DNA of 64,000 bases. It comes from Catajapyx aquilonaris. Taxonomy: Eukaryota. Each line of letters starts with the position of its first letter. The first letter of the stretch is position 1. The translations under genes were made by a program, and so were the position numbers. Shown piece by piece: positions 46,860 to 59,527 of the stretch. Under the pieces are notes generated by a model, which was not told the origin of the DNA, did no database searches, and saw nothing but the letters and a program-made list of their open reading frames with translations. The stretch is from NCBI GenBank assembly GCA_000934665.2, contig KZ538565.1, forward strand, positions 1 to 64,000, given 5' to 3'.

Positions 46860-47372
46860 GCCACGGGGAAGGTCACATCATCCGTAACGCTACACACGTC
46901 ACACGGTGGGTTTCTCGCCATTTGGAGCATCAAGGTGTCCGGTATCAAGTCCGTACCCAGTCCGTACCACCTTTGTTTGCATCTATCAGGAAAGACCTAC
47001 CGGTGTAGCCTTTTTTTGGTACTGACTGTGCGATACCCCGTACCAGAAGACAACATCCTGTTCAACCCCCTTGCATACACACAATGTCCCCTTCAGGCGC
47101 TCATTTCCTGCTTCTCCGCCCTTTTGCAACGACCGACCGATAACCAAGGGTAATTTGACGTGATCCGGTCCTAATGACAGGGCTTCTCGCCGGAGGGAAG
47201 CAGAGTCGTTCAAGCATAGCCGTCCAATTGAACCCCCCAAGCATTGTATCGACCTGCAGGTATGAACTGCCTTGCGACACGGAATGTGTCGGTGTCGAAG
47301 CAAATTGAGCAGTCACGACAGGCACGTCGCCATGACCACCGTCTGTCACTCCGTCAACGGTATTGGCATGTT
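46860..47372 (-). pseudogene. Probable decayed 3' ORF2 fragment (RNase H plus C-terminal Cys motif) of a non-LTR retrotransposon
   Basis: Across frameshifts and stops the minus strand reads TVDGVTDGGHG..THSVSQG..NDSASL..EALS..AGNER..FWY..GLS**MQTKVVRTGYG..GHL / MARNPPCDVCSVTDDV. This is collinear with the YTDGS, SVFQAE, SDS, GNE.AD, RLRTGH and CxxC motifs of I/R1-type ORF2. Confidence 0.45.
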
Positions 47373-47419
47373 GCCTGTCGATTGGTCGGGGCTAGTGACT
47401 GAGTCGAGTTTAAAGAGCT

Positions 47420-48055
47420 GCTAAAACAGCACTTACTAATAATAGGCTATAAGCTATTATCTGTAACCAATAAGATGAGAATAGCTAATAAATGTCCCAC
47501 CAATATTACATTGCGTTTTAACTATTTTAATTTGCCCTAAGCTAATAGGATGATGTTCCAACATGTTTCCAATATTAGGTTACATTTTAACTATTACTAA
47601 TTGGCTATAAGCTATTATCTGTATCTAGTAGTACACGGTACGAAGAGACCAAAAATGTTCCGACTGTAAATATATACATTACACTTTAACTACCGTCGAT
47701 ATATTAGCTATTATCTATAGCTAATAGTATGAAAATAGCTAAAATGGTCCCAAAGTCAATATTACATTGCATTTTGGCAATAATTACTAATTGACTCTAA
47801 GCTGTAGCTAATAGTATGAAAATAGCTAATATATTCCAACAGTGACTATCACATTATACATTTTAACTACGTATTAGTAGGCCTACTAATTTTCTATCGC
47901 TATAGTAGGATTAAAACAGCTAATAAATGTGCAGTAAATGTTCCAATACATTTTAACTATTACTAATTAGCTAATAAGCTGTTAGTTATAGCTAACAGGA
48001 TGAAAATATCTGATAAATATCTCAGCAGTAAATTTTATATTACATTTTAATGATT
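47420..48055. repeat. TAGCTAATA low-complexity degenerate array
   Basis: Recurrent ATAGCTAATA and TTACATTTTAACTA. A similar reverse-motif array lies at 55540-56280. Confidence 0.65.
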
Positions 48056-48879
48056 AAAACACAGTGTAGAGTGCCCCTACTTGTTGGCTCCATCTACTGG
48101 CCGAAAATGACTCAGTTTTACAGTTGGTGCACCGGTCCACCAATTAAAACCGGTTCCCCGGTTTTGGAGTGTCCGGAGGTTAATTCACGTTCCCGTCTGC
48201 CCCCGAGAATGACAACGAAGCTCCAACTCCGAGTAGTTTTTTTTTCCGGGACATCACCCGGAACCACCAGGATATTAAAACAGGGGAGGAGGCTAGAGGG
48301 TATGGGGATCGTAAAATGAAGGTTGTAAACGAGGTTATATCCTATTTCTATGTATATTAGGGACAACCGGTTCTAGAAGCAGGCCTGGTTTTTGGGTAGG
48401 GATTGTGCTATGTATTTAATAAAATGGTTGCACATTGTACTGTACACACTGTTGTGCAATTAATCCGCATTGATTTTGTACTGAGCATAATAGTGGTAGG
48501 CATATTGCATTACTATTTTATTATAACACCATCATGGCTAGTTTGCCGCAGTATATGGCTACCCACATTAGCCATAAAACTGTGATAATAAACCGCCATT
48601 GGGCATGTCCATCACCAGGGTTGCTAGAGTCAACAAAAAAAAATCCCAGCTCACTGTTGGGAATGAGAATAGTGGGATTGGTTGGAAGTGGATAGGGAGG
48701 GGAGAGAGCATGATTTCCCTTCCCTAGCTACCCCTTTGCCTCATTAGCAAGTCAAGCAGGCGTTATTAACGCCATGGCTGCCGAAATGGAGAGTAGGCCT
48801 CCCCACACCCTCCATTTTCCCACCGCTCTTCCTCTCAACACTCCTCATACCCTCTCACACTTCCCCCAACATTTTCATA

Positions 48880-49550
48880 TACTCGACAAAATTTAAAAAA
48901 TTTAAAAAAATCGATGTAAATTATCAAGTATCGACTGTCGATACTTTGTATCAATATTCAATTTTGAAAATTAAATCGTCCAATCTAGGATTAGCAGTAT
49001 CAACTATCTACAGTAGGCTATATTATCTGTACAACAGAACACAAATTTCTTAAAATTAAATTTTGACCTGATAATCGACTATCGGTACTATCAGTGCTCG
49101 ACAGAATTCAAAAAATATTTAAATGAAATTCTGATGTGATTATCAAATATCGACTCTCTACTCGGTGCTCGACAGAATTCAAATTTAAAAAATAAATAAA
49201 TTGTCCAATCTAGTATTATCAGTATCGACTATCGGTACTTTCTGTACTCGACAGAATTCAAAAACGTTTAAATTAAATTATGATGTGATTATCAAATATC
49301 GACGATCATACTATTCGGTACGTTCGGTACTCCGGTGTACACCTGCAGTGGTACTCCGCCCCGCCCAGGTACTCCTTGAATTTGGTACTCTAGTCAGTCT
49401 AGTGTACACTTTACAGTGGAGTGATTGACCCCTTGCTATTTGGACTCGACAGAATTCAGTTAAAATATTGTCAATCTAGGATTATCGACCGAATTCATTA
49501 TTTAAAATTAAATTTCTATGCGGATTATCAAGTCGCGTTGATCGATACTG
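48880..49550. repeat. Degenerate TATCGAC/CTCGACAGAATTC array
   Basis: Repeated TACTCGACAGAATTCAAAAA and GTATCGACTATCG. Contains an R3 element at 49316-49418. Confidence 0.7.
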
Positions 49551-50416
49551 ACAACAGATTCGTTGCCAATAACGTGACCACTATTGTTTACATAACGTTG
49601 CAATTGACATTGTTTACATAACTTTACAAAATAGGTTTTCGCAAGCCCCTTATCATATGTGGTGAACAAGGAAACACGATGGTACAGATAACCCTCTTTT
49701 TTGTTGCTATTACACGCAATAGCTACTGAAAATTTTCTCAACAAGGAAAATAGTGTGTACTCATCATGTACGCAAACATAAACGTAAATCATCCACGATG
49801 AATAACACACAGGTTCAAGTTCTACTGACGTTGCCTTTCCCCACCCCTATAATCGATACTATCGAAAGGGGTCATGACACCAGGTCCTACTAATTGAATC
49901 CCCCAACTGCTGCTAGGGTGATTGCAAATTGGATACAGAGCTCCGAGTAATTCATTTAACGTGACGCATGAAAAGCCAGGGGTAAACCTTTTACCAGCGT
50001 AAATTACCGTCTCCCACCCCCCCTCCTCCTTCCCCTCTTTGTTTCTTCCTAGGGGTTGTCCGTACGTGACGGAAGTACATTACACAACAAATCGAGTGCA
50101 CAGAGCGGACATGGTACAACACACGCTCCATCGCCCAATCGATTGGATATAGGGAATTGCTTATGTTTCCGTGAGCCACGTTACATGGCATCAGTTTAGA
50201 GCGCTTCAGGAAGGAGCTCAAAGTAATGCTCTCCATTGATACGTTGTAACTAATGGGCGTCAGAATTTAGATCGCTTTAAGGTGCCGATCTCAGTTTAGC
50301 TACCCTTTACAAGAGCTTCAACAGCTTTGAAGAGGGTTAAGCCTGCCGTGTAACTCGACTACTCTCTGGAACGTTCTAATATCCTAACTTTACAGCGTTA
50401 TCTTTATCAGCGTTAT

Positions 50417-50871
50417 CGTTTCGTTATCTAAACTTCGCACATTGAGGAAAAGGAAGTGCTACAAATATGTTGCCACTTCTACGAAAGTGCCATGTAAAGT
50501 GTCACTTTTGTAGCGCTTCATTTCAAACCGTGTTGATATGACCCGCTTTCGGTTTGGAGAGCACCAGACTCCAGTTCTCTCCAAACCCCACGGGTAAATC
50601 ACTCGGCAGTTGAGCGTACAACGGACTTGTAAAGAACCGGACTTGGCGGACTTGAGCCCGGACTTGGCGGACTTGAGCCCGGACTTGGCGGACTTGGCGC
50701 CAACCGTACAACGGACTTGACGAGTGATTTAGGCCTACCCCTTATCCAAACCCTGCCTTGTAACTCCCTACCGAAAGCGGGCCATATCAACACGGTTTGA
50801 AATGAAGCGCTACGAAATGACACTTTTGTAGCTTCCTTTTCCTCAATGTGCGAAGTTCAGATAACGAAACG
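50417..50871. mobile_element. Foldback element with an internal 21-bp tandem repeat
   Basis: Arm CGTTTCGTTATCT.AACTTCGCACATTGAGGAAAAGGAAG..GTAGCGCTTCATTTCAAACCGTGTTGATATG and its reverse complement. Internal GGACTTGGCGGACTTGAGCCC about 3 times. Confidence 0.8.
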
Positions 50872-51379
50872 GACGTCCCCGGTCCCCCTTTGTGATTCCT
50901 GGGGATGGTGTCGGACGGCCATAAGGACATGGAAGCATGTTTGCAGGGCTGGAGCCCCCATGGCGTGCAAGACACGCTCGGCTGGACATCCTCAGGGTCT
51001 CATCCCTTTTCCAGTGGGAGGAAGAGGGAGGAGGGGGGGAGCACCTCCCCGCAAAAGCCCCATTGAACACCTCATTAATGCCGCCAGCTGCTTATGAAGT
51101 CCGAGGGGTAGGGACGGGCCCTGGTGTTGGGTGGGGAGACACGTCTCTCTTCCTCCATTCACTTAGGTTCACAAGTGGGGTTGAGGGGAGATGGGGAGAG
51201 CTTGTTTTACATGCAAGGCTCGTGCACTTATACGCCCACCATCCAAGGATGAAAACCCCCTGCCTTTTTCATTATTGAAATGGGTACTATCAGGGACAAA
51301 AGGGAGTTTGGAGAAGATTCGGAAGTTTGAGGGATCAGATCTTGTTTTGGTGAGTCTAATCCGAGTATACTACAGGCTT

Positions 51380-51770
51380 CTGGACATGAACTACTGTCCA
51401 TCCTGGACATGATTACTTGCAAGGCCTAACTACTTGCAGGGCATTACTGCTTCCAAGGCATGAACTGCCTCCAGGGCATGGACTACCTCCAGGGCATGAC
51501 TACTTTCAGGGCATGACTACTTGCAAGGCCTGACTACTTGCAGGGCATTACTGCTTCCAAGGCATGAACTGCCTCCAGAACATGACTACTTCCATGGAAC
51601 GACTACCTCCAGGCGGTCCAGGCATGAGCTCATGACTACCTCCAGTCCATGAACTGCCTCCAGGGCATGAAATACCTACAGGGTATTGAACTACCTCCAG
51701 GACATGACAGTTCCAGGGAATGACTGCCTCCAGGGCATGAGCTGCCTCCAGGACACTCCAGGACATGTAG
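51380..51770. repeat. ~17-bp minisatellite CCAGGGCATGACTACCT
   Basis: About 20 degenerate copies. Confidence 0.9.
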
Positions 51771-52324
51771 GCCTTACTGTCAAAAAAGGAGCTAAACAAC
51801 CGTCTAGTTCTAGTATTACCCTTCCCCATGGACTGTGCACTTTCACTACATGTTTACATCGCGTTTCGAAGCGCAAATCAGAAGCTAGGACTGCCTCCAG
51901 CCTGGTACCGCACAAAATCCGGTCGTGCAGTACACTTCAAAGGGGAGCAGTGCAAACAAAGGCCCTCGGATATTATCCTAAGTTGTGAGGAGAGAATCCC
52001 AGAGCCTGGGCATCCATTATTTAAGTCCTACTCCTCCTCCCCCCCCCCCCCNCTGGTAGCGACACATGGCGGGCTCCTAATTGCCGGGGGCCGAGCTCTG
52101 GCGGTGGCCCTCATGCATATTTAACGTCAGAAAATCCCGCAGGCTGCGGTCTGGCCAAACATGGCCGCCGATCTCACCCTCCCTTAATAAGTTGCCAGGC
52201 CTGAGATAGGGCTGTACGGTTGGAGAGAGACATGGCCAAGGAGACGCCTTAATGGGATTGCCTCGCCTTTCCCCTTCCCCTACTCTAATCAGAGACTACG
52301 TGCTGGTGTAATGGTGTGAAGCAG

Positions 52325-52480
52325 ACAGTTGGGAGACAGTTCTGAGAACGTCCCAAGGAACGTCCAGTGGAAGACAGTATGATGACGTACAGGGGGAGCC
52401 AGTATGAGAACGTACAGTGGGAGCCAGTCTGATGACGTCCAGTGGGAGACAGTCTGAGGACATCCAGTGGGAGTGTCTTA
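52325..52480. repeat. ~25-bp tandem ACGTCCAGTGGGAGACAGTCTGA
   Basis: About 5-6 copies. Confidence 0.8.
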
Positions 52481-53091
52481 GGGCACACGTTTGGGCACTG
52501 AAAATCTGAACTTTTTGTTCATCATCCAGTGCCCCCTGTGTGCAATGGCGTGAAGCTAGAACCTTTTTTTGTTCCCCTTGAGGGAACTAACTCTCTCCCC
52601 TCTTCGCCGTATCTCCTTCGTCATCTGGAGCCGTCACAGTAGTCGCCATGGAGAAAAAAGCCGAGAGGGGGGGGGGGAAGGGAGATGGAAAACCTCCCCC
52701 TCTTTCTCCCTCCTTTCCCCCCAGGCAGAAAAGAGCTTACGTGCAGGATTTTTTTACTTCCTCTAGCAACCCCTATGGCCTTCCAGCATACATCCCATTC
52801 TTTTTCTGAGTCCGCTGAGCCGACACGCAAGGAGAGGATGTGCGCCAATTGGTTTCGACAAATCGTTACAAAGTTATGACGGTGCATGCTGAATGTATCG
52901 TATGGCTGAAGGAACGGATCGTTATAAGTACAGTCCGTAGCAAGGACTGGTTGTTGGAGTAAACAAATGTTGAGCAGAACAGCAGGAAAATGTCATTTAA
53001 AATTCACGCACGCTGGGCGCCATTGTGACATCCCTCCTTATTTAACTTTGATTATAATTAAATTGTACAGAGTAACAGCCGATTTTAACTA

Positions 53092-53590
53092 CACTGTAAA
53101 CCACAAAGCGCCACAAGGCCAGTATACTGTACCTTTGTTTTTTCCAGCACCTTCTGACTAACTCAAACGCGTAAAAAAAACAAAAACAAAGGTACAGTAT
53201 ACTGTACTCCGGGTCTCAGGAGGTTAAAGAGAATCAAAAAAGAAGATCGCCCATAGAAAAACAATTTCAACGCTCTTGTGATGCTCTTTTATGTTTGTTT
53301 TTTTTTGCTAAAGAGCATCACAAATTATTACAAGAGCATTAAAAGAGCATTGTCCATATAAAACTATTTTAATTCTCTTAATGTTTTTGTTGCTAAAAAG
53401 CATCTAAGAACATTGCATCAATAATAATTGATGTTCCATGAGATACTCTTTTAATGCTTTGATGATTTTCTTGTAGTTGCAATGCTGTTGTGATGCTTTT
53501 TGTTGCTAAAACGTGACAAAACATTAAAAGAGCATTAAAATTGATGTTCCATGGGAGATTAACTAATGACGCTCTTTTAATGTTTTGTGT
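53092..53590 (+). mobile_element. CACTGTAA-terminus GAGCATT-repeat element with an internal hairpin insert
   Basis: CACTGTAAACCACAAAGCGCCACAA start. Inverted pair CAGTATACTGTACCTTTGTTTTT / AAAAACAAAGGTACAGTATACTG at ~53120-53204. Confidence 0.6.
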
Positions 53591-54640
53591 AGGTAAAATC
53601 AACACTGGCATGACCTGTGTTAACCCAACAATTTCTAACACATTTCGGAATCTACCTCGGAAGATGATCGCATTTAAAGTGAACCGCTCCACTTTGGGCG
53701 CCATTGTAATCTCCATTTCTTATTTAACTTAAATTATGATTAAAAATAGACACTGGGTATCACCTGTGTTGACCTAAAAATTTCTTCCTCATTTCGGAAT
53801 CTACCCCACAGTTCCTGCAGATGGCGGTGGGATATTCAACAATGCGCATCGGGCGAGACCAGTTTCGCACTTTTTCTGTCCCCGTTTTTTTTCCACCGCA
53901 AAAAGAAGGAAATTGGATGGTGGAGGAGGTGCTAGGAGCAACAACAAGAAGAAAAGAAGGGGTTTCTGAAAAGCTACCCTCCTGAAAGAAATCCTGCGGG
54001 CACAGTGGCTTTGGCAGCAGGGGAGGGCGGGTTTAGGGTAGGAGGGGAAACCATTTTTATTATAGTCAGTTCAGCGGCACGAATAAGAGACGGGAGGGGA
54101 ACATTCCGGTTCCCCTTCTCAACCAGTTTGCACTCCTTTGTTACCCCCCCCCCCCCTTTTCAAAAAGTCTGAAGGGGGAGGTAGCAATTGGTCTAAGGAT
54201 AGATATAGACCAGATTAGATACCGACTTTTATAGAAAACAACACTAAAAAGGACAAACAACTAGCAGGGTGATTGATAACAATTGCAGCACATATCAAAC
54301 TTCATGAAAAACCAATTTTGGACATTTAGACTCAAAAAAGTGCAGTATCAATATTTTTTCCTCAATCAGCGGCACGTAAGACGTCAATGTGCCAAGTTTC
54401 AGCACTCTCAGTACTCTGAAAGTGGGGTTAACCACTTCGGTACTCCAGTGTGACACACCTGCAATGGTACTCCCAGGTACTCCTTATGTAGGCTACCTTA
54501 CTCCTTGGTACTCCTTATGCACCTTATTCCTTGGTACTCCTTATGTACCTTACTCCTTGAATTTTGTACTCCAGTGTACACTTTACAGGTTCAAGTTGGG
54601 TTACATAGCCCGGACATGCAGACAAACTATTTTCTTTATA

Positions 54641-54807
54641 CAGGGTGTTCCAAATTCCTGCGTCGCTTCTTTATAACTGATATAGCCCGATTATTAGAAG
54701 TTATTTTTAATTATAAATAACTCTAAATAAAATAATAAAACTATAAATAACTGCTATTTGGTGATATCAGTTATTTTTAAAACGAGCCACAAATTTGGAC
54801 CACCCTG
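54641..54807. mobile_element. Tc1/mariner-like MITE family A
   Basis: TA-CAGGGTGTTCCAAATT..AATTTGGACCACCCTG-TA. Confidence 0.85.
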
Positions 54808-55539
54808 TATATGTAAGATTCAAGTCCACACTGCAATATTACAGATTTACAGCTTGTTTATAAGAGACCGGAGGTAATTAACTAGTAAAAATTGCAAGTA
54901 TTTTAACAATTAAAATCACTGCACGTTACAAATTCGCGCACAACAGCAGTTACTGAATAACTAAAGCGCTAAATTATAAATAACAACATTAATTATTTAT
55001 AGGGCCCACCAACTCATATATTAGTTATCTACCATTAGTTACATAATACACTCCATATTATCGCCATGTAGTACAGCTCACCCGCTATAAAACCCGTGAA
55101 AAATATATTCGGTTTTAAATATCTATCGATCATACACTCGGTTTTTAAAAAATATCTATCCATCCATAGTAATTCCGGCCAACACATACCCCGTATAGAC
55201 ATAGCCTCTCTCTTCTGATCACGCTCCGCTGGGCTGTACACGAAGTTGGGTTAATTAACAAGATTGACTGCGCCATGTAATTGATGTGGTTTTAAAACCT
55301 AATGATTGGAGTGAGCAGCTAGGGCCTGGTTATTGGACCAGAGAGACTTCCCCCCTCTTCCCCTCCTCTCCCCTATCTACTAACCCCCCCCCCCTTTCCC
55401 CCAGCCATCAAATAAATAAGCTGCATGGAATCAGCGATAAAATCTCATTAGGGACGCCAGATTGGGTACTGAGCAGGCCACGAGATGGCACCCATCTCGA
55501 TATATTTTAAATTTAAATTTTTAAGGAACCAGGTCATTT

Positions 55540-56280
55540 TTAGCTAGCTATTCGATTCAGTAGCTATTATACTATAGATGTTAGAGTAGCTCATACCTAT
55601 TAGAATAGCTTTCTAGCTGTTATATTAAGTTATTAGAGTAGCTATTGACTATTCAATTAGTTCTAGAGCTATTATATTAGCTATTAGAGCAACTATTAGC
55701 TATTAGAGCAACTATTAGCTATTATTTAGCTTTACAGCTATTAATTAGCTTTATAAATATTAGATTAGCTATAACTATTAGCTATTAATTAGCTCTAGAG
55801 CTATTATATTGCATTTATAGATATTAAATTAGTTATTATAGCTTTTGGATCAGCTTTTAGAGCTGCTATTTGCTATTAGATTAGTTATTGCAGTGTACAG
55901 GGTGTTCCAGGTGTGTGGGTCCCTTTTTGATAATTGATATCTCCCGATAGCAGTTCTTTTTTGTAGCCTGTTGTGCCCCAAACCATGTGCTTCATTCTAT
56001 AGCACCTGCTATGTTCGACCCCCAGTGGATCGAAAATAGCAGTAGTTATAGAATGGGGCACATGGTTAAGGGCACAACATGCTGCAAAAATAACTGCTGT
56101 CGGGCGATATCAGTTATCAAAAAATGACCCACACACATGGAACACCCTCTATATTGGATATTGAAGGATAATTTATTATGAGTTCAATGGTAGGCCTATA
56201 TGTTGGCTAGCTATTAGATTAGTTATTAGAGTATATATTGGCTACTAGATTAGCTATGTCCATGATTAGCTACTAATTTC
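55540..56280. repeat. TTAGCTATTAG low-complexity array, interrupted by a MITE
   Basis: Dense TAGCTATTAGA motifs on both sides of 55898-56149. Confidence 0.75.
55898..56149. mobile_element. Tc1/mariner-like foldback MITE family A (most complete copy)
   Basis: TA-CAGGGTGTTCCA..TGGAACACCCTC-TA with ~120-bp imperfect arms. Confidence 0.9.
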
Positions 56281-56558
56281 GCCCACAGTTCTTACAAATC
56301 GCTGCTTTCAAATCAAATAGCGCTTATTTCCATAACTGTTATTAAGAGCTCATAGGTATGCTTTTATTCAATTACTATCCATGATAGACCATTTCTAGCT
56401 CTCACGAACAAGGAAACTCATCCATCCTTATCCATGAATCTCTATCCCCCATTCGTCTTGGCCAAATGGCTTCCCTCTCTCCCTCTCTCCCTTTTCCACC
56501 CTCTGGTTGGCGCTCAATAAAAGCAGCCATGGCTGTTTTCCTGGGGGGTTCTCTCTAG

Positions 56559-56559
<1 letters not shown>

Positions 56560-56608
<49 letters not shown>
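56560..56608. repeat. (CT)n microsatellite
   Basis: About 24 CT units. Confidence 0.95.
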
Positions 56609-56613
<5 letters not shown>

Positions 56614-58439
56614 TGCTGGCTTCAGCCTGCGGGAGTGCTGGTGCCTCTTTTGTGTCCGTTGACAAGCACTGCCACTCCACCTCGACGGCCATGTTGGATT
56701 GAAAGAGGGGGAAAAATGGCCGCGATTCTTTTCACCCGGAAGCGCTGTCCAATTTCTGCAAGAGGATAGAGAGCATTAAGGTCCTTAGGAGTGAAACAAC
56801 AGGCTTGAAAAGTCGTTATTCGAAAATCACTGCTATGATAAGCGCTATTTTGCTAAAACTGTTTACTTAAGCGCTATTTTTCACATCGCTGATTGGCTAA
56901 GCGCTATGTTCAAATTTATTGTGCAACTAAACGTTATTTGCAAAATCACAGTTGGACTAAGCGCTGTTTTAAATGCGATTTTCACTCTAAACAAATATCG
57001 TGCCACTTTCCTCATCAAAACGCACTATTGAAACCTCCCATAGATCTCTGTCCACTCTATTTTCCCTTCATGGTCCCAATTTTTTACCATCAAAAATTTG
57101 TCATAGCCTCACAAGTCAGGTAGTATCAGTCACATTAGTTAAATTGCATCCTCTCCCCCAGTCCCCATATAGCTGTAGGGACCACCTGCGCCCGTCCTGG
57201 CAAAGCGGCGAAACTTGTCAAAACAACTAATTACGCGCCATTAGATTGATGAGAGCGCCCAACAGTGACACCCCCCATCCCACCCCATGCTAGTGACGTC
57301 ATACTTAATTTATTCATGCAATGTGGCAGCCTGCGTGTGGGCTACTGGATCGATGGCTAATCAGCAGCCAAACGGGCCGATTTTTCTGCAAAATATTAGT
57401 GTCAGATTTTCAAGATGGCGCTGTCCACAAGCAATCAGCGCATTGCTGTCCTTCATTGTTGTCGGTAATGAATTAGCCACCTGCGATGCAACATGGTGGC
57501 CACCTGCTGGATTTTTTTTTATTAAAAAAGGCCGGCTTTTTAATTGGATAATTGGCCCTCCGATTAAGTCCGCGATCTGTCCTAAATGGTCACGGTGTCT
57601 GGAGCCTGCCTCGAGGCTTCATAAATGACTTAACACCTGGCTAGAGTGTAATTATTTCATATGGCGGCCTATTAGGTGTGGAATTTACTCTTTAAAAAAA
57701 ATCAAAAAGCTATGGTATTCCAACATGGCGTATGGATTAAAAATGGCTTCCCCAAGATGGCGCCCGGCACCCTAGACTGAGGCTAGACCTACCGATTCTG
57801 GGTCTGTTAGAGGGTACGGATGGTACGACCTATGGGGCTGTAATTTCCTAGCCAAATGACCCCCAAAGGCCGCGACAAGTGCTAAGTTGCTGCCATTATT
57901 TACGAGCCTCTCCAGCTATGTAAACTACATGTTTTCCCTGTTTACGACTGCCTGTCAGACCAGACGGAGTGTTTGGTCGTACCCTGGGTTTTGAAGGTTT
58001 TTTTTTACTAAATGTTTTTTTTGGGGGGCGGATCACCGAAACCGGATTTCGAAAATCCCCAGGGTAGCCAACCGGATAAACAGCTTCTGGCAAGGATCGT
58101 ATAGCCTCAAACGTTCTTTCCGTTTTTTGTGTCCATGGAAGATCACACTAGCCAAGTTTTGTACTCTGAAAAAAGTGGGCTCACTGTACAACTGTCATAC
58201 CCCCTTGAATTCCTGAAACAACCCTTGTTTTGTATGCGCTGTAAAAATATGCGAACCATCCCTTTGTGTACCGGAATTCCCTCAGGGGGGACTGTTGCTT
58301 CTAAGTGCTGGCCAGCATCCAGGGCTAAGTAAAGTGGAACAACAAGCATGGTGTGTTGATCTTCCTCAACCAAACACCTGCACGCCATGGCATTCAACCT
58401 GCAGTGGTGTGGTACGTAGAGATGATCAAGGGATCGTAT

Positions 58440-58750
58440 GGTACCCACAGAGTGGCAGGGGATCGTGGCACCTACAGACGGCAATGGGATGTGGCACCTA
58501 CAGTGGGCCAGGGAATTGGCACCGACAGGGCTAAGGGACATCATGGCACCTAGGGCTATCGGACGTGGAACCTACAGTAGACCAAACCCTGGACCACTGT
58601 AGGTGCCATGTCCCCTGGACTCCAGAGGACGTGGCACCTATAGTAGACCAAACCCTGGACCACTGTAGGTGCCATGTCCCCCGGACTCCAGAGGACGTGG
58701 CACCTACAGTAGGACCGTGGCACCCAGTGGATCAAGGGATGGCACCACGT
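58440..58750. repeat. GTGGCACCTACAGT repeat array including 66-bp tandem units
   Basis: Units start at 58561, 58627 and 58693. The first two contain GG(C/A)ACCTA(C/T)AGT paired with its inverse ACTGTAGGTGCC. Confidence 0.85.
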
Positions 58751-59293
58751 CGCCTGCTCCACGATGTAGATACCAGCTTCATGTCAAGACTTGACCACTG
58801 CCAGTGTGAACCCACAACTTTCGGTATACCCTAGGGCCAGCAAGAGTTACAACTGACATACGAGGCGTAAGCATTCATTCCGGTCCGACTCCCCCGCTTC
58901 TCTCATAATAACGCGGATATAAAGCCCAGCTCTTACAAAGTCATCGCGATGTGGTGGAGTATTTGCCGGCGGGGCTTAGCGGATTACATCCTCTGGAATA
59001 ACACACGGGATAAAGGCTGAGGGGGTGGGTAGGGCTGAATCACATTAATGGCTGACGTGCAGCTGGAACAAAGCCCCCCTGGAGGATTTCCAGCTTGTTT
59101 TAGCTGTAGGTAAAGCGTAGGCGTAGTAAAAGGTTAGTGTAGAAAGTGTAGTTAGAGGGATGGGTGTCGCAATCCCCACACAACTTTTTATGATCACGGA
59201 ATTGCCCGGACGGGGGGTTATTCTCACGCGACTATCGTCTCATCTGACTCACCACGCCACCGGTCTGGGTCTCGTGTTTTTAGCTGGAGCAAT

Positions 59294-59326
<33 letters not shown>

Positions 59327-59527
59327 TAGCCTGGGGATGGCAAAAGGAAATAAGATGGAGAAAGGGAGGGGTGTTCTCCAAATATGTGGCGCACGCCAAC
59401 TGGAAGGTGCCAAGATGCCGTGAAACAAACGACACGCAGATATTTAACGGGTTAAAAATAATACGGGCTACCATCAGATAAGCTGTAAGCGGACGACAAG
59501 AATTAGGCCACGCCCCGGTTGTTAAAT

